Positions 31,701 to 41,309 of a DNA stretch of 64,000 bases are shown piece by piece. Within the stretch, counting starts at the first letter, position 1. Every line of letters starts with the position of its first letter. The notes beneath the pieces were generated by a model. That model did no database searches, was not told the DNA's origin, and saw nothing but the letters and a program-made list of their open reading frames with translations. The position numbers and the translations under genes were made by a program. Origin of the DNA: an uncultured Methanolobus sp. (GTDB lineage Archaea; Halobacteriota; Methanosarcinia; Methanosarcinales; Methanosarcinaceae); NCBI GenBank assembly GCA_963675495.1, contig OY776215.1:800001-864000 (forward strand), read 5' to 3'.

Positions 31701-32348
31701 ACATCAGTAAGCCAGGGACAGAATCCTAAGATTGTTGAAACAACTGCTGCATCTACGTTGCGTATCATCAAAGGAACAGAAGTAAAATACAACTTCTCTG
31801 ACAGTGGTACTCCAGTTGTTGGTGTCAGTTTCGATGCTAAGGACAATAAGGGTCTCGTTGTTGCCAAAGTTCAGGCACTCTCAGATTCACCTGAAGGTAT
31901 ACCTCGTCCCTCAGGCACTTCCCACCAATTGATGAGCATAGATGTGGGAAGTGCAGGTACTATCACAACAGATAATGCTGACAATATCCTCATTCACTTT
32001 AAAGTAAGAAAAGGATGGATACGTGAGAAAAACATAGACCCTACTACCATACGTATGGCACATTATAACGATAAAAAGTGGGAAGAGTTACCTACCAGCA
32101 AAGTAAGAGAAGAAGATGATTTCCTTTACTTCACAGCTGAAACACCCGGGTTCTCATTATTTAGTATCGTGGGTGATGAGGCAATAGAAGTTATCGATTA
32201 TGTAGAAACTGTCGCAACAAAACCTGTTGATAAGGATATAAATGAACCTGAAACAACACAAGATAAGAACACTTCTGGATTCAGTGCACTGTCAGGATCG
32301 ATCTTAGTATCTGTTGCTTTCCTTGTGAGCAGACGGCACCATAAATGA
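28791..32348 (+). CDS. Cell-surface protein: PKD domains, two Kelch/Asp-box beta-propellers, PGF-pre-PGF domain, PGF-CTERM-like anchor
   Basis: Signal peptide after MQPL; PKD motifs (P.ANF, W.W.FGDG); 12 repeats of ~49 aa; AETPGFS.F; SGF-TM-RR tail; ORF is open from 28683. Confidence 0.88.
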   Translation: MQPLRYIFTFIAGIIILSSITTAGALAPTANFTADVFSGLAPLTVNFADESLNSPTGWAWYFGDQNPSEPWEEINSSAGWSKRYSHSSVVLPDGSIVLMGGNDGSYKNDVWKSIDNGTTWTEINSSAGWQGRFGHSSVVLPDSSIVLMGGSSSSGYKNDVWRSTDDGTTWKEINSNAGWSGRYVHTSVVLPDGSIVLMAGGNASSKKNDVWKSADNGTTWTEMNSSAGWSGRIVHSSVALSDGTIVLMGGLAGVYKNDVWKSTDSGATWIQVNSSAEWMERLGHSSVALPDDSIVLMGGRSVNFKNDVWKSTENGTTWTEINSSAGWTERLGHTSVVLHDGSIVLMGGRNTTNYKNDVWKLTTADSSQQNPPHVYTEPGIYKIALQAYNDVGCNRTLVTDYITVADTPVANFTADITSGVVPLVVNFTDLSNNTPTSWIWNFGDGTISTDQNPTHTYSIAGTYTVSLNATNIGSSNINTQENCIVVAGVPVANFTSNVTSGGVPLSVNFTDTSLNSPTGWTWYFDDEGFSEPWTEINSSAGWNGRYGHSSIVLPDGSIVLMGGGSPSGYENDVWKSIDNGTTWNMINPNAGWSGRYIHSSVVLPDGSIILMGGYNVSGMKNDVWKSTDNGTTWIEINSSAGWSERTGHSSVVLSDGSIVLMGGYDGSYKNDVWRSTNNGTTWTEINSSAGWQGRYIHTSITLPDGSIVLMGGGSSGVHNNDVWRSTDKGYTWTEINSSAGWSKRFGHSSVSLPDGSIMIMGGLDNSNTRKNDVWKSTDKGYTWTEVNSSAGWSGRICRNSVVLPDGSVVFMGGHDGSNFKNDVWHFGTAGSSEENPYHTYTASGTYQVTLQAYNAFGYNSTLVTDYITVAVAPITNFTANTTSGTAPLTVNFTDLSTNAPTSWEWDFGDGTTSIDQNSIHTYATAGTYNVILNATNAGGSNTIMQMNHINVISSSPVSTISSSSDNSGTRTSVSQGQNPKIVETTAASTLRIIKGTEVKYNFSDSGTPVVGVSFDAKDNKGLVVAKVQALSDSPEGIPRPSGTSHQLMSIDVGSAGTITTDNADNILIHFKVRKGWIREKNIDPTTIRMAHYNDKKWEELPTSKVREEDDFLYFTAETPGFSLFSIVGDEAIEVIDYVETVATKPVDKDINEPETTQDKNTSGFSALSGSILVSVAFLVSRRHHK
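29001..29870 (+). repeat. Six tandem ~147-nt coding repeats (propeller 1)
   Basis: W.EINSSAGW..R..HSSV.LPDGSIVLMGG....KNDVW.S.D.G.T six times. Confidence 0.85.
30387..31265 (+). repeat. Six tandem ~147-nt coding repeats (propeller 2)
   Basis: Same unit as 29001-29870, six copies. Confidence 0.85.
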
Positions 32349-32491
32349 AGAAAGGGCATATCTGTCCTTTCAGTTATCTTTTTTTGATGAATATTGTTAG
32401 GCTGTACTACGATATGTAACAGTTCCTGCTATAGTGCAACTCCCTACAATACCCAAAAAATTAATCATGGAAAGGAACTTTACCTGTATCC

Positions 32492-33205
32492 ATGAAAGAA
32501 TTATACCTTACTGAATGTTACCTGAAAGAATTCGATGCAACGGTTGAGACTGTCAAGGATGACAAATTCGTAGTACTTGACAAAACAGCATTCTATCCAA
32601 ATTCTGGTGGGCAGCCAAATGACACCGGAATTCTTGTAAGAGAGGACGGAACTGAATTCCCTGTAAGCTATGTTGCAAAATTCGATGGCAATATCAGCCA
32701 TGAAGTCACATTACCGGGACTGAAGGCAGGAGACAGGGTAAAAGGAGTAATTGACTGGGAAAGAAGATACCGGTTCATGCAATACCACACTGCATGCCAT
32801 ATACTGAGTGCCATAATACACAATGAGACAGGAGCAAAGATATCAGGCAACCAGTTAGGCGAAGAAAAGACACGAGTGGATTTCAACCTGGAGGACTTTG
32901 ACAGGGAGCAGATAAAGTCCTACGAAGGCAAGGTCAATGAGATAATAGACCGCAATATACCTGTGAGTATTACCATTATGCCAAGGGATGAAGCGTTCAA
33001 GATCCCTTCTGTAGTTAAACTGAAAGATGCATTCCCTCCTGAAATAGAAGATATTAGAGTAATTAGCATCCCTGATGTGGATACACAGGCATGTGGTGGA
33101 ACCCACATGGCAAATACAGGCGATATACCCCACATCGAGATAATCAAAGCTGAGAATAAGGGGAAAAACAACAGAAGGGTATATTTCCGATTTATGGACA
33201 ACTGA
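32492..33205 (+). CDS. alaXM: Alanyl-tRNA editing protein AlaX-M
   Basis: FYPNSGGQPNDTG, HTACH, CGGTH Zn ligands. Confidence 0.92.
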   Translation: MKELYLTECYLKEFDATVETVKDDKFVVLDKTAFYPNSGGQPNDTGILVREDGTEFPVSYVAKFDGNISHEVTLPGLKAGDRVKGVIDWERRYRFMQYHTACHILSAIIHNETGAKISGNQLGEEKTRVDFNLEDFDREQIKSYEGKVNEIIDRNIPVSITIMPRDEAFKIPSVVKLKDAFPPEIEDIRVISIPDVDTQACGGTHMANTGDIPHIEIIKAENKGKNNRRVYFRFMDN

Positions 33206-33219
33206 GGGAATTACTTTAT

Positions 33220-35613
33220 CTAATCGTGAATATCCGGGTTGTACAGAGGAATGGACACGTGGACAACTGTACCAACGCCTTCCTCACTTTCAACCTCAAT
33301 TGTCCCGGAATGCAATTCCACAATATTCTTTGCAAGATAAAGACCCAGTCCATTACCCCCATGGATACGGGTGGCTGAACCATCAACCTGATAGAACCTG
33401 TCAAAAATCAGGTCCATACAGTTTTGTGGGATTCCCATCCCATGGTCACTTATGTCCACATGGATATTAGTAACATCTTCCTTGATCGAAATAGAGACTA
33501 TAGAGCCACGGGAAGAGAATTTTATTGCATTATCCAGAACATAAACAAAAAGATACTGTAGAAATTCGCAGTTACCATATACCAGATTCATATCAAACGA
33601 ATAATCGGTGTTTAGATAGATGTCCTTTTCTTCCACCTTGGTATGGAGGCTGCTTATAGAATTATCAAGAACTTCTTTAAGGTGAATTGGTGATAATACA
33701 TGATACTTTTCAAAGTAAAGAGAGTTCATGTTAAGCAAAGACTCTATTAACTGCTCAAGGCGTTCTGAATTAGAAACAACGATTTTCATACATTTTTTTT
33801 GTTTTTCATCAAGCTCACCAAGAAGTCCGTCATAAATAGCTTCACTATACCCTTTAATGGAGATGAGAGGTGTTTTGAGCTCATGGGTGATATTAGCTAC
33901 GAACTCATCTTTCATCCTGTCAAGAGATTTCAGCTCTTCGTATGCGTTTCTGGTTTCATCAACAAGACGAATATTCTCAACAGCGATACCAACCTGATGA
34001 CCTACGTTACCAAGTATTTCAAGATCAGTGTTTGAGATAATAGTCCCATCATCGGGGAACAATAATATGACACCAACCAGATCTTCACGGGAAATAACAG
34101 GAACAAAAACAAATCTTCCGGAATATTCATTCACGTTTAACTTTTTCAGGCTAGCCTGAATATCATTTGCCTTGTCTGTGACCAATGTGCTCTTCTTTAG
34201 ATCAGGAATGGTACGGAATAGAGGATCATCACAATTAATGCTATTTAATTCCTCATTTAGCTCTTCTTTTATTCCGCTCGATGAGCAAACATTAAAAGAC
34301 TTGTCCTGGGAACAACGAAGGCAAATTAAACCTGAATTGCACCCTACATAAGAAAGCAACTCAACAAGGACATCATCCAGAAAATCCTTCATTTCCAGTG
34401 AACTTGCAGCGATCAATGCCGTAGACTGCAGAATAAGCAGATTACGATTCTTTATTTGAAGGTCTTCTTCTGCAAGTGATATGTCAGTTACATCCTGGGT
34501 AGTTCCCCGAAAAAGAACTTGTTTGCCATTATTGTCCCATGTTACTTCACCAAGAGAATGAAGGATGCAAATTGAGCCGTTTTTCTTTATTACCCTGGTC
34601 CTAACTTCGAATTTATAACCATGAATCGAAAGTGCCTTGTCTAAGCATGAATTGAACAAACTGCGGTCGTTTGGATGTATGAGAGTAGAATAGAGATCCT
34701 TGGTAATTGATATTTCATTGGGTGAAAAGCCCATGATCCGATACATCTCATCAGACCAAAAATGCTTTTTAGTGCGCAGATCAATTTCCCAACTTCCTGT
34801 ATGTGATATTTCCTGTGCCCTTGTAAGTCTTTCTTTGTGTTCAACAATAGATTCCTGAGCTTTTTTTCGTTCTATACTGTCTACAAAAATATCGCCAATT
34901 ATCCTCATGAGTTTTATGTAATTTGGTGGCCATACCCTGTTCTGGCTAAAGGAATCAAAACCTAGAAAACCAATCAACAAACCATTGGATTGAAGAGGAA
35001 TAGACAGTGCAGACATAATTCCTGCTTTTTGCAAAGCTTCTTTTTCTTTGCTTGCCTCTGCCGGTAATTTTGATACATCTGGTATGTTTAGTATATCAGG
35101 ATCCCGTAGCCTCTCCATCCACCATGGGAAATCCCTTCCTGGTAGATTATCTACATGGATATTATCGATATTTTCCGCATGCCATTTGTATACTGTATCA
35201 TTTTCGTTTCGATATTTTGAGAAAAGTATTAAGTAACTGCGATCAGCACCGGCAAATTCAGCTATCTTCTTAAGAGAAAGACGGATTCCAGTGTCGATAT
35301 GCTCTGATTTCTTGCCAATGAAATAGGAAGAGATCTCTGCAACAATATTCTCAAATTTCAATTGTGAAAGTAGCTCGCTCTCAGCAGATTGACATTTTTG
35401 GGACATTTTTGAAACGGTCATACCAAACAAAAGGAAGCCGATGAAAACAAAGGACCGGACATAATTATCATAGAAAAATGCCTTTTGCGACAAAGAATTA
35501 GGCAAGTTGCTTGCATTTAGCAAGAAATGTACTAGGTAGGCATCCAGAATCCAAAATGCAAGACCAAATGAGATCGATACTAATACTATTCTTGCTTCTT
35601 TCTTCATATACAA
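33220..35613 (-). CDS. Membrane-anchored GAF/PAS sensor histidine kinase
   Basis: 2 N-terminal TM, GAF-PAS-GAF, THELKTPL, DNAIKFS, DHGMGI, GGNGLGL. Confidence 0.92.
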   Translation of the reverse strand: MYMKKEARIVLVSISFGLAFWILDAYLVHFLLNASNLPNSLSQKAFFYDNYVRSFVFIGFLLFGMTVSKMSQKCQSAESELLSQLKFENIVAEISSYFIGKKSEHIDTGIRLSLKKIAEFAGADRSYLILFSKYRNENDTVYKWHAENIDNIHVDNLPGRDFPWWMERLRDPDILNIPDVSKLPAEASKEKEALQKAGIMSALSIPLQSNGLLIGFLGFDSFSQNRVWPPNYIKLMRIIGDIFVDSIERKKAQESIVEHKERLTRAQEISHTGSWEIDLRTKKHFWSDEMYRIMGFSPNEISITKDLYSTLIHPNDRSLFNSCLDKALSIHGYKFEVRTRVIKKNGSICILHSLGEVTWDNNGKQVLFRGTTQDVTDISLAEEDLQIKNRNLLILQSTALIAASSLEMKDFLDDVLVELLSYVGCNSGLICLRCSQDKSFNVCSSSGIKEELNEELNSINCDDPLFRTIPDLKKSTLVTDKANDIQASLKKLNVNEYSGRFVFVPVISREDLVGVILLFPDDGTIISNTDLEILGNVGHQVGIAVENIRLVDETRNAYEELKSLDRMKDEFVANITHELKTPLISIKGYSEAIYDGLLGELDEKQKKCMKIVVSNSERLEQLIESLLNMNSLYFEKYHVLSPIHLKEVLDNSISSLHTKVEEKDIYLNTDYSFDMNLVYGNCEFLQYLFVYVLDNAIKFSSRGSIVSISIKEDVTNIHVDISDHGMGIPQNCMDLIFDRFYQVDGSATRIHGGNGLGLYLAKNIVELHSGTIEVESEEGVGTVVHVSIPLYNPDIHD

Positions 35614-35961
35614 CCCTGCGATGAAAACAATTATTTTAGTATATTTAAATATCTAAATTGATTTTCATTGGCCAGATATCTTATTATTGAGTCTTTTATA
35701 TATATGTTCCTATTTATTACGGGAAAAAGTAAAATAGCTTTGCAATTGAATTCAACAATAATATGCATTTAAAAGGGTAAAGAGACAAGTATATGTAAAA
35801 TGGCGCATTTTCAAAATAGATTAAAATAGCTTGAAAAGAACTAGGGAAGCACAGGACGATACGTAGACAAATATAAAAGAGATAATTGTATTAGTCCTTT
35901 AACCACATTAAATCAAAATGCGTAATTGCTTATATTGCATTTATCTGCGGAGATATACAAA

Positions 35962-37533
35962 ATGAAAGTACTAGTTAGTGATCCATTATCAGAACAGGGA
36001 TTAACGATACTTCAACAACATTTCACAGTTGATGTCCTTACAGGACTTTCCGAAGAAGAGCTCGTTGAAAAGATACCAGAATATGACGCACTTGTTATCA
36101 GAAGTGGAACACAAGTTACAAGAAAGGTCATAGAGGCAGCTGACAGGCTGAAGATAGTAGGCAGGGCAGGAGTTGGAGTTGATAATATAGATGTAGAGGC
36201 AGCTACGGAAAAAGGAATAATAGTTGTCAATGCACCTGAAGGAAACATGCTCTCCGCGGCAGAACACACTATTGCAATGATGATGGCGCTGGCAAGGAAT
36301 GTGGCACAGGCCAATGAGTCGCTTAAGTCCAAAAAATGGGAGCGTAGCAAGTTCATGGGTATAGAGGTCAATGGTAAGATCCTTGGTGTGATCGGGCTGG
36401 GCCGAATTGGTGCTGAGGTTGCAAAAAGAGCACAGGGACTTAACATGGATATCTTAGCATACGATCCTTTTGTCTCAGATGAGAGAGCAGAGGAAATGGG
36501 TGTAAGAATGATGTCCGTGCATGAGATAGTGAAACAGGCTGACTTTATTACTGTTCATACACCACTTATCAAAGAGACCAGAAACATAATTGATGCTGAA
36601 GAGTTCGCTATGATGAAAAGCAACGCAAGGATAATCAATTGTGCACGTGGTGGGATCATCAATGAGGAAGCACTTGCTGATGCATTGAACACTAATAAAA
36701 TAGCAGGTGCTGCAATTGATGTGTTCGTCAATGAACCTCCTTTTGACAGCCCTCTTATTGATTGCAAGACCCTGATAGCTACACCACACCTTGGTGCTTC
36801 GACCAAGGAGGCACAGGTCAATGTCGCAGTTTCCGTGGCCGAAGAAGTAGTATCTGTACTTAACGGTGGACCTGCGAAAAGTGCTATCAATATACCATCG
36901 GTCAAACCAGAGATCATGACCATGCTTGCACCTTATATCCAGCTTGCTGAAACAATGAGCAGTGCATGTGCACAACTCCTTGGCAAGAACTATGAAAAGA
37001 TAGAAATATCGTACAACGGGGACATTGCTGAGAAAGATACACGACCAATAACTGTTGCTGCACTAAAAGGTATGCTCCAGGTCGCACTTGGTTCAGCTGT
37101 CAACTATGTTAACTCAAGCTCCCTTGCAAAATCAAGGAAGGTTGAAGTTGTTGAAAGTAAATCTGAAACTACAGAAGAATTCACTTCAACAATAAAAGTA
37201 GAGATCACAATGGATGAAGAGAAGGTATCGATCATAGGTACAGTAGTTGGTGGCAAAGGAAAGATCATCAACATCAACGGGGAACATGTTGATATGATAC
37301 CATCCGGATATATGATAGTAGCAAAACATATTAACAAACCTAACGTGATCGGACCCTGCTGCATAGTGCTTGGAAAGAACAACATAAATATATCTGGAAT
37401 GCAGGTTGGAAGAGCAGATATTGGCGGAACGACCATAATGGCACTTAATGTTGATTCAGAAGTTCCGGAATCAATACTAAAAGAGATGAGATCGGTCGAA
37501 GGAATAATTGATGCCAAACTCATTCAGCTATAA
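35962..37533 (+). CDS. serA: D-3-phosphoglycerate dehydrogenase
   Basis: GRAGVGVDNID, GLGRIG, NCARGG, TPHLGAST, C-terminal ACT domain. Confidence 0.96.
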   Translation: MKVLVSDPLSEQGLTILQQHFTVDVLTGLSEEELVEKIPEYDALVIRSGTQVTRKVIEAADRLKIVGRAGVGVDNIDVEAATEKGIIVVNAPEGNMLSAAEHTIAMMMALARNVAQANESLKSKKWERSKFMGIEVNGKILGVIGLGRIGAEVAKRAQGLNMDILAYDPFVSDERAEEMGVRMMSVHEIVKQADFITVHTPLIKETRNIIDAEEFAMMKSNARIINCARGGIINEEALADALNTNKIAGAAIDVFVNEPPFDSPLIDCKTLIATPHLGASTKEAQVNVAVSVAEEVVSVLNGGPAKSAINIPSVKPEIMTMLAPYIQLAETMSSACAQLLGKNYEKIEISYNGDIAEKDTRPITVAALKGMLQVALGSAVNYVNSSSLAKSRKVEVVESKSETTEEFTSTIKVEITMDEEKVSIIGTVVGGKGKIININGEHVDMIPSGYMIVAKHINKPNVIGPCCIVLGKNNINISGMQVGRADIGGTTIMALNVDSEVPESILKEMRSVEGIIDAKLIQL

Positions 37534-37583
37534 TTCAGGCAAACAGAGATTTTGTTAAAATATAAAGGATGGTAGCAGTTTAA

Positions 37584-38066
37584 ATGATGCGAAAACGTAT
37601 ATATCATCGGTTTCCCCACAGGGATGTGGAGTTTGAACAGAAATACCGCTACCATTCGGACCTTCCTTTTTTTGTGAAAGTGATGGCAAACACGGACGGA
37701 AAATTCGGCATGTTTGTTACCGAGTCTGTTACCCAAAGAGGACATCGTATACAGGCAAAGAGGGAAATTGCTGTGGAAGTCGTAAGCAATGGCATCGATT
37801 TTTCCCCACTTAATTATGATACTGTAGATGAAGTACTGGATACCATTGAAAGAGAAGGAATTATGGATTTCAGGGTTCACTTGAGGTATAGTTATCTTGA
37901 CGGGAAGTATAATCGTGTACCATTTCGAGGTGACATATATCTTGTGAGAGCCATTCTCGAATATGAACTACTGGTGCTTCAGATAAATCATATAGACGGT
38001 CCAAAGAGAACAGAATGTGGCCGGGTTGCCGACACTATTATTGATGAGCTTCGAAGGGGTTCATGA
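37584..38066 (+). CDS. Hypothetical protein
   Basis: 160-aa ORF, co-oriented, ATGA overlap with next gene. Confidence 0.7.
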   Translation: MMRKRIYHRFPHRDVEFEQKYRYHSDLPFFVKVMANTDGKFGMFVTESVTQRGHRIQAKREIAVEVVSNGIDFSPLNYDTVDEVLDTIEREGIMDFRVHLRYSYLDGKYNRVPFRGDIYLVRAILEYELLVLQINHIDGPKRTECGRVADTIIDELRRGS

Positions 38067-38542
38067 TGGATGAATTGATGCTTGTAGCTGCAACCCCATT
38101 TAAAAGAAATAACAAGAGTTCACTTTCGATCAAGGATTTTGAATTCGTGCTCTCTTTTGACCTTAAGTGGATGGCACCTGATGTTGCATCAAAGGTCAGG
38201 GACAGGGCCATTGGAGCCCACTTGTTGAAATTTAGTGGGGCAGAATTAATTCCAAATTTTGACATAAGTACAATAGAGATACCACATGGTTTCAAGCCTT
38301 CAGAATCAATTTTCAAAGAGAGATCGACCATTGAGGATATAATCGCCCTGATAGTTGCAAATTGTGGAAAAAGTGCAAGGGATACAACTGCACTTATCAA
38401 TAAAAAACAAGAATTATTCGATGATCTTATAGATATAGAGGTTGCTGCCCTGCTAACAGCAAAAGAACTGGGATGTGACATAGAACCAATATACGATAAA
38501 GTGTATAACAATGTTTTTAGTAGTGACCAAAATCCCACATAA
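38063..38542 (+). CDS. DUF2240 family protein
   Basis: F.FVLSFDLKWM.P, IP.GFKP, EVAALL.AKELG. Confidence 0.75.
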   Translation: MMDELMLVAATPFKRNNKSSLSIKDFEFVLSFDLKWMAPDVASKVRDRAIGAHLLKFSGAELIPNFDISTIEIPHGFKPSESIFKERSTIEDIIALIVANCGKSARDTTALINKKQELFDDLIDIEVAALLTAKELGCDIEPIYDKVYNNVFSSDQNPT

Positions 38543-38676
38543 TCTTTATGTACTATTAGTGTTATTCAAGAGCAGTCTGATTCTACAGACAACTCATGTT
38601 CTTACTTAATTGACACCTAACGGATGTTCGAACGCATATAATGCGTGAGTGAGACATACTCTTGCGGAGGAACAAT

Positions 38677-39057
38677 ATGAGCAAGACTACACAAGTCAAA
38701 ATTGAAAGAAAGACAAACCCTCGCACTCCTGTGCTTATTGCAGCACTGAAGGAAGGGTCACGTCAGAATGAAGCTGCTATCTGGAGAGATGTGGCAAAGA
38801 GGTTGGAAAAGCCTGGAAGGAATTACGCACAGGTAAACCTCAGTAAGATCAACAGGTATGCAAAGGATGGAGAGACAGTCCTTATTGCAGGCAAAGTACT
38901 TGGATCAGGACTCCTTGATAAGGCAGTCACTGTTGCAGCATACAATTTCAGTGCAACTGCAATGGAAAAGATCACAGGTCTTGGCGGCAAATGCCTGACA
39001 ATAGAACAGATAATGGAAGAGAACCCGAAGGGATCTGGAATTAAGATCTTACAGTAG
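38677..39057 (+). CDS. rpl18e: 50S ribosomal protein L18e
   Basis: KTNP, VNLSKINR, GKVLGSG, NPKG; GGAGG RBS. Confidence 0.95.
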   Translation: MSKTTQVKIERKTNPRTPVLIAALKEGSRQNEAAIWRDVAKRLEKPGRNYAQVNLSKINRYAKDGETVLIAGKVLGSGLLDKAVTVAAYNFSATAMEKITGLGGKCLTIEQIMEENPKGSGIKILQ

Positions 39058-39066
39058 GTGAAGAAG

Positions 39067-39486
39067 ATGACAATTATCGATGCAGACGGACTCATTATGG
39101 GTAGGCTTGCAAGCACTGTGGCAAAGAAATTGCTTGCTGGTGAGGAAATTGATATCATCAATGCTGAAAAAGCAGTAATTTCCGGTTCAAAGATCACCAC
39201 ATTAAGAGAGTATGACGAGACTCTGAAAAGAGGAAAGCCCGAATTCGGACCATACTTCCCCAAGAGACCAGACCGAATCCTTAAAAGAACTGTAAGAGGA
39301 ATGCTGCCATACAAACGTGCAAGAGGAAAAGATGCAATGGGTCGCCTTAAAGTGTACGTAGGTATTCCAATGGAATTCAAGGACAAGGAAAGTGTAAGAA
39401 TTGCTGAGGCAAGCATGGACCGCCTGAGCTCAAACAAATACCTCAGACTTGGCGATGTCAGTGTAAAACTGGGTGCTAAGTTCTAA
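39067..39486 (+). CDS. rpl13: 50S ribosomal protein L13
   Basis: [31 protein letters not shown]. Confidence 0.96.
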   Translation: MTIIDADGLIMGRLASTVAKKLLAGEEIDIINAEKAVISGSKITTLREYDETLKRGKPEFGPYFPKRPDRILKRTVRGMLPYKRARGKDAMGRLKVYVGIPMEFKDKESVRIAEASMDRLSSNKYLRLGDVSVKLGAKF

Positions 39487-39503
39487 TAAGGAGGAAGATT
39501 ATA

Positions 39504-39908
39504 ATGTCCATTAAAGTAATAACCTCATCAGGTAAGAAGAAGACAGCTATTGCACGTGCAACAGTTAAGAAGGGAAACGGAAAGGTGCGCATAAACAAGA
39601 AGCCACTGGAAATATACGACCCTGATTTTGCAAAGTTCAAGATCACTGAAGCAGTAATGCTTGCAGGCGAAGTTGTTAACGGAATTGATATAGACGTTGT
39701 TGTCAGCGGCGGCGGAATAATAGGCCAGGCAAGTGCTGTAAGAACTGCAATCGCTAGAGGCATTGTAGATTGGACCAATGACACAAGCCTTAGGGACACA
39801 TACATGGCATACGACCGTAACCTCCTGGTAAACGACTCCAGGCAGAAGGAAACCAAGAAGTTTGGTGGACCAGGTGCACGTGCCAGATATCAGAAATCAT
39901 ACAGGTAG
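39504..39908 (+). CDS. rps9: 30S ribosomal protein S9
   Basis: [35 protein letters not shown]. Confidence 0.97.
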   Translation: MSIKVITSSGKKKTAIARATVKKGNGKVRINKKPLEIYDPDFAKFKITEAVMLAGEVVNGIDIDVVVSGGGIIGQASAVRTAIARGIVDWTNDTSLRDTYMAYDRNLLVNDSRQKETKKFGGPGARARYQKSYR

Positions 39909-39918
39909 GCAATAGAAT

Positions 39919-40107
39919 ATGTTACCAGTTCGATGTTTCAGCTGTGGAAAAGTAATCTCAAATTGCTGGGAAGAGTACAAACAGCGCGTAAATGAAGGAG
40001 AAGACCCCGGAGCAGTGCTTAATGACCTTGGTGTCACACGCTATTGTTGCCGAAGGATGATCCTTTCACACGTCGAGCTAGTAGATACGCTTGCCCCATA
40101 CCAGTAA
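39919..40107 (+). CDS. rpoN: RNA polymerase subunit Rpo10 (N)
   Basis: [16 protein letters not shown]. Confidence 0.96.
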   Translation: MLPVRCFSCGKVISNCWEEYKQRVNEGEDPGAVLNDLGVTRYCCRRMILSHVELVDTLAPYQ

Positions 40108-40200
40108 GGACTGTAGAGTATTCTGGGCCTTAGCGTTTGGGACATAAATATTTACTATGCGAAACACGCTGCGATCTGAGTTTAAATCTCAGCAGGCCCA
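40107..40200 (+). tRNA. tRNA-Pro(TGG)-like gene with 24-nt BHB intron (40142-40165); probably a pseudogene
   Basis: Anticodon stem TAGCG/CGCTG, TGG at 40138-40140, T arm CTGAG-TTTAAAT-CTCAG, 3' CAGGCCCA; acceptor stem has 2 mismatches, D arm is shortened, T loop lacks C56. Confidence 0.75.
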
Positions 40201-40395
40201 TGACACTTTATAGGAAACTACTGTTCAGGACAAAGATATGACCACATTCGGAGGGATTCCGAATAAAATATTTATAATAACTATCATTGACCCCATTAAT
40301 GGCTATCCATACAGGAACATTTTTGTAAGCAATAGGAGTAGCTGTCGATAAATGGACTATTGATATTTTCATTATGATTTTGATAAGGTGATCTA

Positions 40396-40578
40396 TTGAC
40401 TACAGAACACTATACCAGGTATGAAAAGGCTAGAATTGTTGGTGCCAGAGCACTGCAGATTTCAATGGGAGCTCCAGTTCTTATAGATGACCCAAGTATG
40501 AACTCATTATTTCTTGCCAAAAGAGAGTTTGAACTAGGGGTTACCCCAATTACTGTTAAAAGAAATATTGATAATTAG
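40396..40578 (+). CDS. rpoK: RNA polymerase subunit Rpo6 (K)
   Basis: [22 protein letters not shown]; TTG start after AGGTGA. Confidence 0.95.
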   Translation: MTTEHYTRYEKARIVGARALQISMGAPVLIDDPSMNSLFLAKREFELGVTPITVKRNIDN

Positions 40579-40586
40579 GTGATTTT

Positions 40587-41237
40587 ATGGATTCAACAGA
40601 GGAAACTATAATCAATGAAGCAAGTGAAGTGACAGAGGAAGTAAGCGAAGAAGCAAAAACCACATCCCTTGTCCCTATAGATGAGTATCTTGCAGCAGGC
40701 GTACACATTGGTACACAGCAGAAGACCGAGAACATGATGAAATTCGTCTACCGTGTAAGGACAGACGGTCTTTATGTACTCGACATTCAGGCAACAGATG
40801 AAAGGATCAGACTTGCAGCAGAATTCCTTTCAAAATATGAACCACAAAGAGTTCTTGTTGTCTCTGCAAGGCAGTACGGTCAATTCCCTGCAAAGATGTT
40901 CGCAAAAGCCATCGGTGCTAAGTCAATGGTCGGCAGATTTATCCCAGGGCTTCTCACAAACCCAAAAATTGAACAATTCTGTGAGCCAGATGTAGTAATT
41001 GTTACTGACCCAACCGGAGATGCACAGGTCATCAAAGAGACCGTAAACATTGGTATCCCAGTTGTTGCACTCTGTGACACAAACAACATGACATCTAACG
41101 TAGATCTTGTTATCCCAACCAACAACAAAGGAAGAAAAGCACTTTCCCTTGTATACTGGTTACTTGCAAGAGAGATAGCAAAGGCCAACGATTCAATGTT
41201 CACTTACGAACTTGAAGACTTTGAAGTAGGAGTCTGA
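40587..41237 (+). CDS. rps2: 30S ribosomal protein S2
   Basis: [26 protein letters not shown]. Confidence 0.96.
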   Translation: MDSTEETIINEASEVTEEVSEEAKTTSLVPIDEYLAAGVHIGTQQKTENMMKFVYRVRTDGLYVLDIQATDERIRLAAEFLSKYEPQRVLVVSARQYGQFPAKMFAKAIGAKSMVGRFIPGLLTNPKIEQFCEPDVVIVTDPTGDAQVIKETVNIGIPVVALCDTNNMTSNVDLVIPTNNKGRKALSLVYWLLAREIAKANDSMFTYELEDFEVGV

Positions 41238-41309
41238 ACTGACAACTTTGTGTGAAGCATACTACAAATATATTAAAAACCCTTATTAGAATATGGGGTG
41301 ATAAGTAGT

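Noticed and set aside
38560-38665. TTCGAAC and a short ACGCAT/ATGCGT hairpin upstream of rpl18e, as a possible tRNA
   Set aside because: No T stem, acceptor stem or anticodon arm can be built; at most a leader hairpin.
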